Positions 42,947 to 52,420 of a stretch of 63,987 bases of DNA are shown in pieces. Source of the stretch: Curvibacter sp. (GTDB lineage Bacteria > Pseudomonadota > Gammaproteobacteria > Burkholderiales > Burkholderiaceae_C). A model generated the notes under the pieces. It did not search any database, was not told where the DNA came from, and saw only the letters and a program-made list of their open reading frames with translations. The stretch's first letter is position 1. Each line of letters begins with the position of its first letter. Made by a program: the position numbers and the translations under genes. The DNA is taken from assembly GCA_003987795.1 (NCBI GenBank), contig RXJO01000010.1, positions 1-63,987 of the forward strand, read 5' to 3'.

Positions 42947-44094
42947 TGCAGACCCTTGATTGCGATGTGTTGGTGGTGGGGGGTGGCATCGTGGGCAGCT
43001 CGGCTGCCCTGGCCCTGGCCCGCGGTGGCAGCCGGGTGGTGCTCATCGAGCGCGACCTGTGCGGATCACGCTCCAGCGGGGTCAATTTCGGCGGGGTACG
43101 CCGTCAGGGCCGCCCCTTGAACCAACTGCCGCTGGCCCAACGAGCCCACGGCATCTGGGGCCGGCTGACTGAGCTGATCGGCATCGACGGCGAATACCAG
43201 CGCAGCGGCCATCTCAAACTGGCACGCAGCGAGGCCGACCTGGCCTCGCTCGAGCGCTATCGCGAGCAAAGCGCGGCCTTCGACCTGGGGCTGCAGGTGC
43301 TGGGCCGCACCGAGGTTCGGCGGCGCTGGCCCTGGCTGGGCGAGGTGGCCGTGGGCGGCTCGCTGTGCCCCGAAGACGGCCAGGCCAACCCGCGCCTGGT
43401 GTCACCGGCGTTCGCCCGCGCCGCCGAACGGGCCGGCGCCCGCGTGCTGGAGCGCACTCCGCTGATCGCCGTGGCCCACGATGGCCAGCGCTTTGTGGCC
43501 GAAGCGGGCCCCGAGGGCCTGCCAGCATGGCGCCTGCGGGCGCCCCAATTGATCAACTGTGCCGGGGCCTGGGCCGGACGACTGGCCGCCCAGTTCGGCG
43601 AAGCCGTGCCTTTGGTGTCAGGCCACCCGGCCATGGCGGTCACCGAGCCGCTGCCCTTTTTTGCCCCGGTGAGCCTGGGGGTGGAAGGCGGTGGCATCTA
43701 TGGCCGCCAGGTGCGGCGTGGCAATTTCGTGCTGGGGGGTGGCTCCGGGCTGGCCCTGGACGAACAACGCGCCCGCAGCAGCAGCGCGGCCCTGCTCAAG
43801 CTGACCCAGCAGGCCGTCGAGTTGCTGCCCGCGCTGCGCGGCGCCCACATCATCCGCACCTGGAGTGGCACCGAAGGCTATCTGCCTGACCGTCAGCCTG
43901 TGCTGGGGCCCAGTCACCAGTGCCCTGGGCTGTGGCATGGTTTCGGCTTTGCCGGAGCCGGCTTCCAGATCGGCCCGGCGGCCGGCGAGGTGCTGGCCGA
44001 GTTGGCCTTGCAGGGCCACACCAGCACGCCCCTCGAGGGCTTTGACATCGCTCGCTTCCCAGACACGGCCAGCGCGGCAATGGCCGGCCACTGA
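42946..44094 (+). CDS. FAD-dependent amine/D-amino-acid oxidase subunit (HcnC/OoxB-like)
   Basis: VGGGIVGSS, SSGVNFGGVRRQGR, NCAGAW, GFAGAGFQIGP. Confidence 0.88.
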   Translation: MQTLDCDVLVVGGGIVGSSAALALARGGSRVVLIERDLCGSRSSGVNFGGVRRQGRPLNQLPLAQRAHGIWGRLTELIGIDGEYQRSGHLKLARSEADLASLERYREQSAAFDLGLQVLGRTEVRRRWPWLGEVAVGGSLCPEDGQANPRLVSPAFARAAERAGARVLERTPLIAVAHDGQRFVAEAGPEGLPAWRLRAPQLINCAGAWAGRLAAQFGEAVPLVSGHPAMAVTEPLPFFAPVSLGVEGGGIYGRQVRRGNFVLGGGSGLALDEQRARSSSAALLKLTQQAVELLPALRGAHIIRTWSGTEGYLPDRQPVLGPSHQCPGLWHGFGFAGAGFQIGPAAGEVLAELALQGHTSTPLEGFDIARFPDTASAAMAGH

Positions 44095-44172
44095 ATGGCA
44101 TCCGAAGCCTCTCTTTTCACCTGTTTCCGCACCGTTCCACTTCATTCACCCCAAGCCAACAAGGAGCACCGC

Positions 44173-45249
44173 ATGACAACCTCCCCTTCTGTGAACGCAC
44201 GTCGCCTCAGCCGCCTTGCCAAGATCGGTGCCGCCCTCGGCGCCGGCGCGGCCCTGGCCGGTACCGCCCTGGCCGAGACCAAAACGCTGTACATCGGCAT
44301 GAATGGTGGCCAGATGGAGAAGGCCTACACCCAATATGTGTTCCCGGCCTTCGAAAAGGCCTACGGCGCCAAGGTGGTGGTGGTGCCAGGTACCTCGTCC
44401 GACATCCTGGCCAAGGCCCAGGCCAACAAGGACAAGCCGCAGATGCACGTGATGTTCCTGGACGACGGCATCATGGCGCGCGCCATCAACATGGGCCTGT
44501 GCGAGAAGCAGCGTGAGACCCCGGTGCTCAAGGACATCTACCCGGCGGCCCGCCTGAAGAACGACATGGCCACCGGCGTCAGCCTGGGCATGACCGGGCT
44601 GGCCTACAACAAGAAGATGTTCACCGAGAAGGGCTGGGCTGCGCCCACCTCGTGGATGGACCTGGCCGATCCCAAGTACAAGGGCAAGGTGGTGTTCCAG
44701 TCGATGCCCTCGTCCACCTTCGGGCTGCACGGCTTCCTGATGTTCAACCGCATCCAGGGCGGCACCGACAAGAACGTCGAACCCGGCTTCAAAGCCTGGG
44801 CCAACACCATCGGCCCCAATGTGCTCGAGTACATCCCCAGCTCGGCCAAGATCTCCGAGATGGTGCAGACCGGCGAGGCCGCACTGTTCCCGCTGACACC
44901 CACCGCCGTCGCAGGCCTCAAGGCCAAGGGCATCCCGGTGGAATACGCTCAGCCCAAGGAGGGCTCGGTGGTGCTGATGGTGGCTCAATGCGTGATCGCC
45001 AAGAACAGCGAACCCGAACTGGCCCAGAAGCTCGCCGAGTTCCTGCTGTCACCGCTGGCCCAGGCCAATGTGCTGCAGTTCGGTGACCAGATCCCGACCA
45101 ATCCCAAGGCCCCGGTGGTGGGCAATGGGGTCGAACAGGTCAAGCTCATCAACGGCTACATGAAGACCGCGATCACCGTCGACTGGGACGCCATCAACGA
45201 ACAACGCCCGGGCTGGAACAGCCGCTGGAACAAGACCATCGAGCGTTGA
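44173..45249 (+). CDS. ABC transporter substrate-binding protein (PotD/SBP_bac_6-like)
   Basis: AAGGAG RBS, signal peptide, PTSWMDLADPKYKGKV, PKEG. Confidence 0.9.
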   Translation: MTTSPSVNARRLSRLAKIGAALGAGAALAGTALAETKTLYIGMNGGQMEKAYTQYVFPAFEKAYGAKVVVVPGTSSDILAKAQANKDKPQMHVMFLDDGIMARAINMGLCEKQRETPVLKDIYPAARLKNDMATGVSLGMTGLAYNKKMFTEKGWAAPTSWMDLADPKYKGKVVFQSMPSSTFGLHGFLMFNRIQGGTDKNVEPGFKAWANTIGPNVLEYIPSSAKISEMVQTGEAALFPLTPTAVAGLKAKGIPVEYAQPKEGSVVLMVAQCVIAKNSEPELAQKLAEFLLSPLAQANVLQFGDQIPTNPKAPVVGNGVEQVKLINGYMKTAITVDWDAINEQRPGWNSRWNKTIER

Positions 45250-45257
45250 GGCAGCCT

Positions 45258-45282
45258 TCGGCCGGCCTCGGAGCCGGCCGAA
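45258..45282. terminator. GC-rich hairpin after the SBP gene, possible terminator
   Basis: TTCGGCCGGC-ctcgga-GCCGGCCGAA stem; weak U-tract. Confidence 0.45.
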
Positions 45283-45377
45283 TTGATACCATTTGATACA
45301 TTGAGCCTCCAACCCAGTGGATGCCTCTCCCTTCGCGACGCCAGAATGGCGGCAAAGTCCAAAAGGGAGGTGGCAGC

Positions 45378-46430
45378 ATGAAGCTGTTCAATGGGGTGCT
45401 GTTTCTGATCATCATCGCCCAGCTGTTGCTGGCGCTGTATCAGTACCGGCGTCATCGGCGTCTCAAAATGCACCAGCAGCGGCTGGTGGAATCCCTCGCC
45501 GGTGTGCGCTACTGGCGTGTTGGCATGGCGCGTGTCGAGTTCCTGAAAACCTGGCCCAAGCTGGGCCCGCAGCAGGCGCTGGGCGTGCTCATCGATGATG
45601 GCGACACCCTTCGCCTGCGTGGCCGATGGCATGGCGCCCAGGAAGATGTCGAGAAGGTCATCCGCAAAGACAGCGTCGGGCTCACCTGGATCCCGCCCCA
45701 CCCGTTTCGCACCGCCAACCTGGCCTGGTTGCGCCTGGACGACCCGACCGGATCTCTGCTGATCTGCGCAGAAACCCTCCCTCAGCCCAAAGCCTCGCGC
45801 GAAGCCCTGGCCGACCTGGCGAAAGCGGTGTTCCCGCACTTCCGGTTGCCACAGGGCGCAGCCACCGAGTTCTCGCTCGAGAAAAACCGGTACTCGCTCA
45901 CAGCCATGTTGCTGTTCCTGGCGTTGGCGGCGTTCTCGCTGCTGGACACCTATGTCTTCAATCCTTACGAGCTGATCGAATCCCAGGTGGCCAAGCTGCT
46001 GGTCAACCCGCTCGTGGCGCTGTCGGCCTTGATTGTTCTGGCGGGCGTGGGTTTCTTCAGTTACCGCCGGCTCATGGCCGGACAGGTGCCCGCCCAGGAA
46101 TCGGTGGTACTGACCGTCTTCCTGACCGCCTCCTTGGCCATGGCGGCCCTGCCAGCGCTCAAGCGGGTGGATCAGGCCCTGGCCCCAGAGGGATCCACCT
46201 GGTACCGCTACCGCCTGGTGGATCGCGTGGTCCACTTCAGCCCCGTCGACGCGCGTCAAGGCCTGCCGACCTTGCGCTTCACCAAGGCGCCTGAGTACTG
46301 GGCCCAGATGGAGGTCGGCAGCGAGGTCCAGATCCCGCTGCTGCGTGGCCCGCTGGGTCTGTGGCAACTCGATCACCAACGCTTCGATCCCCCGATCCTG
46401 AAGTTCTACGAAAGCAGCAACGCCAAATGA
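45378..46430 (+). CDS. Hypothetical membrane protein
   Basis: GGAGG RBS; N-terminal TM, soluble domain, three further TM segments; host-like codon bias. Confidence 0.75.
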   Translation: MKLFNGVLFLIIIAQLLLALYQYRRHRRLKMHQQRLVESLAGVRYWRVGMARVEFLKTWPKLGPQQALGVLIDDGDTLRLRGRWHGAQEDVEKVIRKDSVGLTWIPPHPFRTANLAWLRLDDPTGSLLICAETLPQPKASREALADLAKAVFPHFRLPQGAATEFSLEKNRYSLTAMLLFLALAAFSLLDTYVFNPYELIESQVAKLLVNPLVALSALIVLAGVGFFSYRRLMAGQVPAQESVVLTVFLTASLAMAALPALKRVDQALAPEGSTWYRYRLVDRVVHFSPVDARQGLPTLRFTKAPEYWAQMEVGSEVQIPLLRGPLGLWQLDHQRFDPPILKFYESSNAK

Positions 46431-46505
46431 TGACTTGGCGGCCACTGTGGCGGCCGCCTGAGCTCGGGTTAAGCTCGGTGAACTCGAATCATCCCGGATG
46501 ACACC

Positions 46506-46769
46506 ATGCCGACCCCTCCTGCCGCTCCAGCCCAGCCTCGCAACCCTTTGCACGGGCTGACCCTGGAGGCCATCGTCACCGCCTTGGTCGACTTCTATGG
46601 CTGGGACGAACTGGCCCACTTGGTGCCCATCCGCTGCTTTGCCCTCAACCCCAGCATCAAGTCGAGCCTGACCTTTCTGCGCAAGACACCCTGGGCACGG
46701 GAAAAGGTCGAAAGCCTTTACCTGTTCATGCTGCGCGAGCAACGCCGCAGCGGTCTTTCAGATCACTGA
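46506..46769 (+). CDS. DUF2132 / VF530-family small DNA-binding protein
   Basis: [12 protein letters not shown]...YGWDEL...[26 protein letters not shown]. Confidence 0.88.
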   Translation: MPTPPAAPAQPRNPLHGLTLEAIVTALVDFYGWDELAHLVPIRCFALNPSIKSSLTFLRKTPWAREKVESLYLFMLREQRRSGLSDH

Positions 46770-46777
46770 GGCCGCTC

Positions 46778-47224
46778 TCAGCGCCAACAATCGGCCGCCC
46801 CCTGGCTGCCCCCGCTCACGCCCTGCACCCCCAGGCTGCTCAGGGTGTAAGCACCACAGGCATCCTGCACCTGGCGGCCTGTCGGTGTGGCCGTCAGGGT
46901 GTAGCTGCTGCCGCTGTTGGCCAGCGCCACGCTGAGGGTGTAGGTGGCCGCATCGGCCGAAGGCACGCTGATGGGGAAATCGCTGCTGAAGCCCAGCGCC
47001 GCACCCGTGCTGGCATAGACCTGCCGGAGGCTCATGTACCGCTCCTGACGCGAGGCGAGGTCCAGCAAGGCCATCTTCGCGTCGGTGCGATGCGATTTGA
47101 GAATCTGCCGCTGATACGTGGGCAAGGCCACGGCAGTGAGGATGCCGACGATGGCCACCGCGATCATCAGTTCGATCAGCGTGAAGCCGGTATTCACCCT
47201 TTGGCGGGTCACAGGAAAAGTCAT
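46778..47224 (-). CDS. pilE: Type IV minor pilin PilE
   Basis: Class III signal GFTLIELMIAVAIVGIL; QERY; D-A-C...CW C-terminus. Confidence 0.88.
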   Translation of the reverse strand: MTFPVTRQRVNTGFTLIELMIAVAIVGILTAVALPTYQRQILKSHRTDAKMALLDLASRQERYMSLRQVYASTGAALGFSSDFPISVPSADAATYTLSVALANSGSSYTLTATPTGRQVQDACGAYTLSSLGVQGVSGGSQGAADCWR

Positions 47225-47254
47225 GGAGGAACTCGATGGATGCAGAGCGCGGAA

Positions 47255-50200
47255 TCAGCGGATTTGTTGCCAGGTGACCCGGGCACCAAAGGTGCCGCCC
47301 GGGGGGTTGATCTTTCGCACGTCACCGGTGCCCGAGCTGGTCTGATTGACGATGTAGGGCTTCTTGGTGCCGCCAGCAGGCCCAGCGGTGACGATCGACG
47401 GGCTGCCCACGGCGGCGAGTTGCAGACCGCTCACGACCAGACCCGAGTAATCGACGAACCGGCCCGTGCTGTCGGCAAAAAAGGATTGCTTGAACGAACC
47501 GCCCGAACCGATCGAGATGGCCAGCGTCCAGCCCGAGTCGAGGTTGCTGGCGCAGTTCAGCGGGGTGTTGTTGGCCGGAATGAGGGTGTTCACGATCAAA
47601 ACCCCCTCGTAGAGGATGGGGCTGAAGATCACCTGCTCCTGCGCGGTGGGCAGGTTCAGGTACCAGCCGTACCGGTTGCTGAGGTAGCTGCATTCACGCC
47701 CCCCCTGCCAGCACACCTTGTTGCTGGAGACCGTGCGGTAGTTCGTGCCGCTGATCAGGGAGATGGTCTGCAACTGCAGGTTGGCGGTGGTGATCGTCAC
47801 CGGTCCCACCAGGCTGTTCATCTGGGCGCTCGGAGCCGCCTTGGCGTTCCAGCCCGCCATGTCCCAGTCCCAGACGCCGTAAAGACTCTGGGGGCCGCTG
47901 GCATATTGGGCCGCCGCACTGATCGTCTGAGGGGTCTTGTTGCCGGTGCCGAACGACACGATCACACGCGGGTTGCCCTGCAGGGCGGGCACGATGGCCA
48001 CCACGGGTTTGGTCGAGATCGGCTGCGCGCCCGGGCTGCTGAACAGCGGGGTCGGCGTCGAGCGCCCGAACCTGGAAACGGCCCAATTCGAGGGCGCCGC
48101 ATGGGTCAGGTCAAATCGCCAGACATTGCCTTTGACATCGCCCGCATACACGTAATCGATGATGTGGTCGCCATCCAGGTCTGCCGGCGTGACGTAGGTG
48201 ATGCCGTTGCTGGCGCTGCTGGTGCCACTGCCCGTGTCCAGGTAGTAAACCGCCTTGGCGCCGCTGGCCGGATGGACCAGCACCACGAAGATGCCGGCCG
48301 TGCCCTGAGAGCTGTTCAGCCCATTGCCCAGCACGAAGCCCCACTGACCATTGTGAAAGCGCCGGATCTGGGGGGTGCCAAAGGTGTAGCCCAGCGCGTT
48401 GCCGCAACTGCTCGCATTGACGCAACTGAGGGTCGAACTGCTCCAGTCGCCGACCACCAGGCTGCTGGCCCGGCTTTCACTGAACTGCGTGGGATCGGTG
48501 ACATCGAGCGCATAAAAGCCCTTGCCGCCGGTGCCCAGCCCCGCCACCAGCCAGGTATGCCAGGCGTTGTTGTAGAACAGATCCCCGGCGTAGGCGCTGC
48601 CGTTCACATTGAAAGCATGGGCATATTGGGGGCTGCTGTAGTCGAGCGCTGCCGTGCTGTTGTGGATGCTGCTGAGCACCGTCACCGGCATGTAGGCCAG
48701 CACCTCCTGCCCGTCGTTGGGCATGCTGGCCTGGCTGACGAAGTTGCCGCTGCGGTCATAGGCGCCCGACCGGAAGCCATGCATCAGGCCATCATTGGCG
48801 CCCACATAGACCACGTTCTGGCGTGTCGCCGCAGCTGTTTTGAAGCTGGAGTATCGCTGGGCGCCCCCGGCGTTCTCGGGCAGCGATGCGGCGGCGACGA
48901 GTTTGTCGGACCAGGTGTCTGAATACGGTGCTGATGGCGGCCCCACCCAGGCCGGCGCCGAGTCCTGGATGTCGGCCAGCGCACTGGTGCGTTGGCGGAA
49001 CTGGCCCGCGCCACTGGAGCTCATCTCCAGGCTGCGCTCACCGCGCAGGTAGTTCAGCCGATTGGCATTGGCGGTGCTGTCCCCCTGGCTCAGAGCCGCC
49101 TGCTGGCTGGCACTGAGGCTGTTCCACTGAAACGGAATGCCCGCACTGCCGTTCCAGCTCAGGATGTTGCGGGACGACGGGCCCTGGGCAGAGGTGCTGC
49201 GCCCCGTCGCGGTGCAAGTGCCGCCGGTGAGCACGCACGAGGCATCCCAGTTGGCCACCGAGGCAATGCTCACCGTGTCGGCGCCGGGGTCATAGAGCAG
49301 ATCCTGCGAGGTCATCTGGCCCCACCAGTTGTTGGTGTGGTAGTAGGCCAGATAGACCTGGGTGCCGGTCTTGACCTGCCCGGTCTGCTGGGTGTTGATG
49401 CCCGCCGAGCTGGCCGATTGAGACGCCGGTGCGGCCTGGAAGCAGGTCACCTCGTGGATGTTGTTCGACCCCCCGGTGGCGCCCGAAAAGCCGAAGCGGA
49501 AGGTGCTGGGCATGGGGCCGTTGGAGTTCGCGATCGACTGGTTGGTCAGCACCGGCTGGTAGACCCCGCCGTTGTAGCTGTAAGCCAGGCTCAGCAGACT
49601 GTCCTGGGTGATCTTGAGCTGGTAGGTGACGGGCACCGCGCTGGGCCGGGTGCTGGCCTCGGTGTAGAGCGGCGTGGACTCGGGCAAGGTCACATGACCG
49701 CCCGGAATCAGGTTGTAGTTGTAAGTGATCTGGCTCTTGCGGGTGGGATTGCCCACGCTGCGGGAAAAGTCCCAGAGGTAGCCGGTACGGCAGGTTCTTT
49801 GCACGGCATTGCGTCGATCGCTGCTCGAGAGTCTGGTGGGGTACCAATCGGGGTACTGGGCATTGAGCCAACCCCATCCCGTGTTGCCCGACCCACGCAG
49901 ACCGATCCGGCCCGCCTGGAAGCCGTCGCCGGTTGAGGCGACATCTTCCGCGTTGAGGAAGTTACCGAACTCGTCGATGCCCAGGCCGATGTAGCCGCCA
50001 AGCAGTCCGTCGTAGATGTTGTTCGTGTTGGAACACGCATACCCCAGGCTGCCGCCCAAGGCCCCCACGGCACGGGGCTTCAAAGAGCCGTCCATCAAGA
50101 AGAAGCCGATGCCATCGGCCCCGGTCCCGGCATAGGTCACCGTCGAGAACGTGACGGCGATTCCGCTGCCCGACGGGAAGGTGAAGTTCGACACAATGGC

Positions 50201-50515
50201 CCCGGTCTGGTCATCGGTGTTGTTGGTGAAGCGAAGCGCGCCATAGCCCACGGGGTCGGGCAAGGTGCCGGTCTGGCCGCCATTGAGCCGGACGCCACGG
50301 TAGTAGGGGTTGCCATCGCAGGCGGGTATGGAGCCCGTGCCGTTGCCGGCCGTGAGACAGGCCCCGTCGAACACCAACCAGTTCTGCGCAGCGGTGGCTC
50401 CGGTGAAGTTGTCCTGGACGATCACGTTCTGAGCCGAGGCCAGCGCAGCCAGCGTCAGCGCGACACAGGCCAGCGTTGCCTGCTTGAGCCTGACCAAAAG
50501 GATTTCAAGGGTCAT
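47255..50515 (-). CDS. pilY1: Type IV pilus tip adhesin PilY1/PilC with N-terminal lectin-like domain
   Basis: Signal peptide; NYLRGE, VYVGANDGLMHGF, YALDVTDP, Ca-loop DLDGDHIID, YAGD..GNVWRFDL, GWYLNL, RVTWQQI. Confidence 0.88.
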   Translation of the reverse strand: MTLEILLVRLKQATLACVALTLAALASAQNVIVQDNFTGATAAQNWLVFDGACLTAGNGTGSIPACDGNPYYRGVRLNGGQTGTLPDPVGYGALRFTNNTDDQTGAIVSNFTFPSGSGIAVTFSTVTYAGTGADGIGFFLMDGSLKPRAVGALGGSLGYACSNTNNIYDGLLGGYIGLGIDEFGNFLNAEDVASTGDGFQAGRIGLRGSGNTGWGWLNAQYPDWYPTRLSSSDRRNAVQRTCRTGYLWDFSRSVGNPTRKSQITYNYNLIPGGHVTLPESTPLYTEASTRPSAVPVTYQLKITQDSLLSLAYSYNGGVYQPVLTNQSIANSNGPMPSTFRFGFSGATGGSNNIHEVTCFQAAPASQSASSAGINTQQTGQVKTGTQVYLAYYHTNNWWGQMTSQDLLYDPGADTVSIASVANWDASCVLTGGTCTATGRSTSAQGPSSRNILSWNGSAGIPFQWNSLSASQQAALSQGDSTANANRLNYLRGERSLEMSSSGAGQFRQRTSALADIQDSAPAWVGPPSAPYSDTWSDKLVAAASLPENAGGAQRYSSFKTAAATRQNVVYVGANDGLMHGFRSGAYDRSGNFVSQASMPNDGQEVLAYMPVTVLSSIHNSTAALDYSSPQYAHAFNVNGSAYAGDLFYNNAWHTWLVAGLGTGGKGFYALDVTDPTQFSESRASSLVVGDWSSSTLSCVNASSCGNALGYTFGTPQIRRFHNGQWGFVLGNGLNSSQGTAGIFVVLVHPASGAKAVYYLDTGSGTSSASNGITYVTPADLDGDHIIDYVYAGDVKGNVWRFDLTHAAPSNWAVSRFGRSTPTPLFSSPGAQPISTKPVVAIVPALQGNPRVIVSFGTGNKTPQTISAAAQYASGPQSLYGVWDWDMAGWNAKAAPSAQMNSLVGPVTITTANLQLQTISLISGTNYRTVSSNKVCWQGGRECSYLSNRYGWYLNLPTAQEQVIFSPILYEGVLIVNTLIPANNTPLNCASNLDSGWTLAISIGSGGSFKQSFFADSTGRFVDYSGLVVSGLQLAAVGSPSIVTAGPAGGTKKPYIVNQTSSGTGDVRKINPPGGTFGARVTWQQIR

Positions 50516-51123
50516 CAGAGTCCTCCTGCATCAATCACATTGCTTCTGACGCCGAACACGCTCTGCACCACCGCGACGGTGTCTGCCGTGGCGCCTTGGG
50601 CCATGGCGCTCACCTGGTAGAGCTGCACCAGTCCGCTGGGGTCGGCGCCCAGCGGACTCACATAGAAGCGCGGCTTGATCGCGAAGGAGCCCTTGCCCGG
50701 CGTGCTGGAGACCGTCACACCCGGCGGGGTGTAGGCCACCCCGAGATCGACCCCGTCAGCGGTCTTCCAGGGCACCACCGAGACCTGGGCCTGGGTCGGG
50801 GTGGCCGGGGTGCTGATCAAGGCATTCGTGCACACCTGGGTGGTGGGCGGCAACGTGTCGGCACTGAGCAAGGAGGCGCAGTTCGAGCCCGCGCCACCAT
50901 TGCCCTGGCTCACCCACCACTCGGCGTACTGGAGGGTGTTCTGGGCCACATCGAAGGCGCGCTGCTTCTCCAGGCTGTTGCCCGACATGCGTTCCAGCCA
51001 ACCAAAATTGCGGTACATGGCCACCGCCAGCACCGTGACCACCATCAGGATGATCATGGCGGTGATGAGCACGATGCCGCCCTGGGCACCGCGACGACCT
51101 TGCTGGAAGGTTCTGGCATGCAT
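50515..51123 (-). CDS. pilX: Type IV minor pilin PilX
   Basis: QGGIVLITAMIILMVVTVLAV (lacks Glu5, typical of PilX); RAFDVAQNTLQYAE; position in operon. Confidence 0.85.
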   Translation of the reverse strand: MHARTFQQGRRGAQGGIVLITAMIILMVVTVLAVAMYRNFGWLERMSGNSLEKQRAFDVAQNTLQYAEWWVSQGNGGAGSNCASLLSADTLPPTTQVCTNALISTPATPTQAQVSVVPWKTADGVDLGVAYTPPGVTVSSTPGKGSFAIKPRFYVSPLGADPSGLVQLYQVSAMAQGATADTVAVVQSVFGVRSNVIDAGGL

Positions 51124-51848
51124 CATGCGCGGCTCATGAGGTTGATGACCCGCACCGATGAGATCGGCTGCGTGCGGTCGAGCGGGTTGATGAAGGACAG
51201 CGTCACCTGCACCGAGACGACGGTGGCCCAGTGGGCTGGGGTCATGGCCGAGGCCGGCAGATAGGCATTGACCGATCCGCTGCCGTCCGAGTCCACGCCA
51301 TAAAGCACCGAGAAGGCCGTGATGCCACCGACCAGGGCACGTGCTGCCTGCGAGCCCACGGCACAGGTCAGTTCATGGGCCGAATTGATGGCAAAGGTGT
51401 TGATCGACATGGTGCTGGCGCCCCCCGCCTCACCGCCCTGGCAGTCCTCCAGGAAGTCCGAGCTGCTGCTGCCCGAGGGCGAGGGGAAAAAGCGCACGGT
51501 GAGGGTGTCCTTGCCTGGGTCGCTGCCTGACGTTCCGGTGAGCACCTGACCGGCCGTGGGGAACTGCGCAGTGGCCGGAAAAGCCGTGGTGCGGAGCTGG
51601 TCCTGCGGGTCGTAGAAATAGCCCGCGTGCTCGATCGCCGTGGTCAAGAGCGTCATGGCCGTGCGCTCGTGATCCTGCCACTGGCTCATGCCGATCTGGG
51701 CAGTGAAGTTCTGACGCGTGCTGCTGAACACCATGACGATGCCCGCCAGCAAGAACAGCCCGATGACCATGCCGATGAAGGTCTCAAGAAGGCCGAATCC
51801 GCGCTGACGGGCCCGGCGTCGTGAAAGCGACGAGATGAGGAGGCTCAT
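51123..51848 (-). CDS. pilW: Type IV minor pilin PilW
   Basis: Start MSLLISS at 51848 overlapping pilV stop; QRGFGLLETFIGMVIGL; IEHAGY; LYGVDSDG. Confidence 0.85.
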   Translation of the reverse strand: MSLLISSLSRRRARQRGFGLLETFIGMVIGLFLLAGIVMVFSSTRQNFTAQIGMSQWQDHERTAMTLLTTAIEHAGYFYDPQDQLRTTAFPATAQFPTAGQVLTGTSGSDPGKDTLTVRFFPSPSGSSSSDFLEDCQGGEAGGASTMSINTFAINSAHELTCAVGSQAARALVGGITAFSVLYGVDSDGSGSVNAYLPASAMTPAHWATVVSVQVTLSFINPLDRTQPISSVRVINLMSRA

Positions 51849-52420
51849 GGGGTCACCGAGCTGGTGTAGGTCTGGGTGACCGTCTGCTGGCTGCGGTCGA
51901 GGGTGCTGGGGTTCAGCCCCACATACCGCTCGTTCCAGCTCACCGTGATCATGCAGGTGGCGAGCTGCCCGAAGGGGTTGGAACAGAGGACCAGGCCTTG
52001 CCCACCGGGCAGTTGCTGCAGGCTTCGGCCCCAGGTCTTGAGATCGGCGCTGGCCATCTGCACAGGCGTGCACTGCGGACTGGGGTTGCTGACCGAATAG
52101 GTGCAATCGGCGTTCTGGGCATCGAGCGTGGCGTCGCCCAAGGTCTCTCCGACGACCGAGATGCGGCGCCAGGTCGTGCCCTCCTGCCAATACGCGCGGT
52201 TGGCGTGCATGGCCGAAGACAGGCTGCCCACATAGATCGCTGCCAAGGCCCTGCTGCCTGCCACCTCGGTATTGCCGATCGCCAGCGCATGCATCTTGGC
52301 AATGCCCAACAAGCCCACGGACACGATGAACATCGAGACCAGGACCTCGATCAGGACGAAGCCAGCCAAGCTGCGTGGGGCCGAGCCAGATCGCCCCGCG
52401 ATGGTGCCGACCCTCAGCAT
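51845..52420 (-). CDS. pilV: Type IV minor pilin PilV
   Basis: AGFVLIEVLVSMFIVSVGLLGIA; MHANR; DLKTW...LPGG; ITVSW. Confidence 0.87.
   Translation of the reverse strand: MLRVGTIAGRSGSAPRSLAGFVLIEVLVSMFIVSVGLLGIAKMHALAIGNTEVAGSRALAAIYVGSLSSAMHANRAYWQEGTTWRRISVVGETLGDATLDAQNADCTYSVSNPSPQCTPVQMASADLKTWGRSLQQLPGGQGLVLCSNPFGQLATCMITVSWNERYVGLNPSTLDRSQQTVTQTYTSSVTP

Noticed and set aside
41190-44094. Hydrogen cyanide synthase hcnABC
   Set aside because: Embedded in an ABC-importer/IclR catabolic operon; the same fold family includes opine and imino-acid dehydrogenases.
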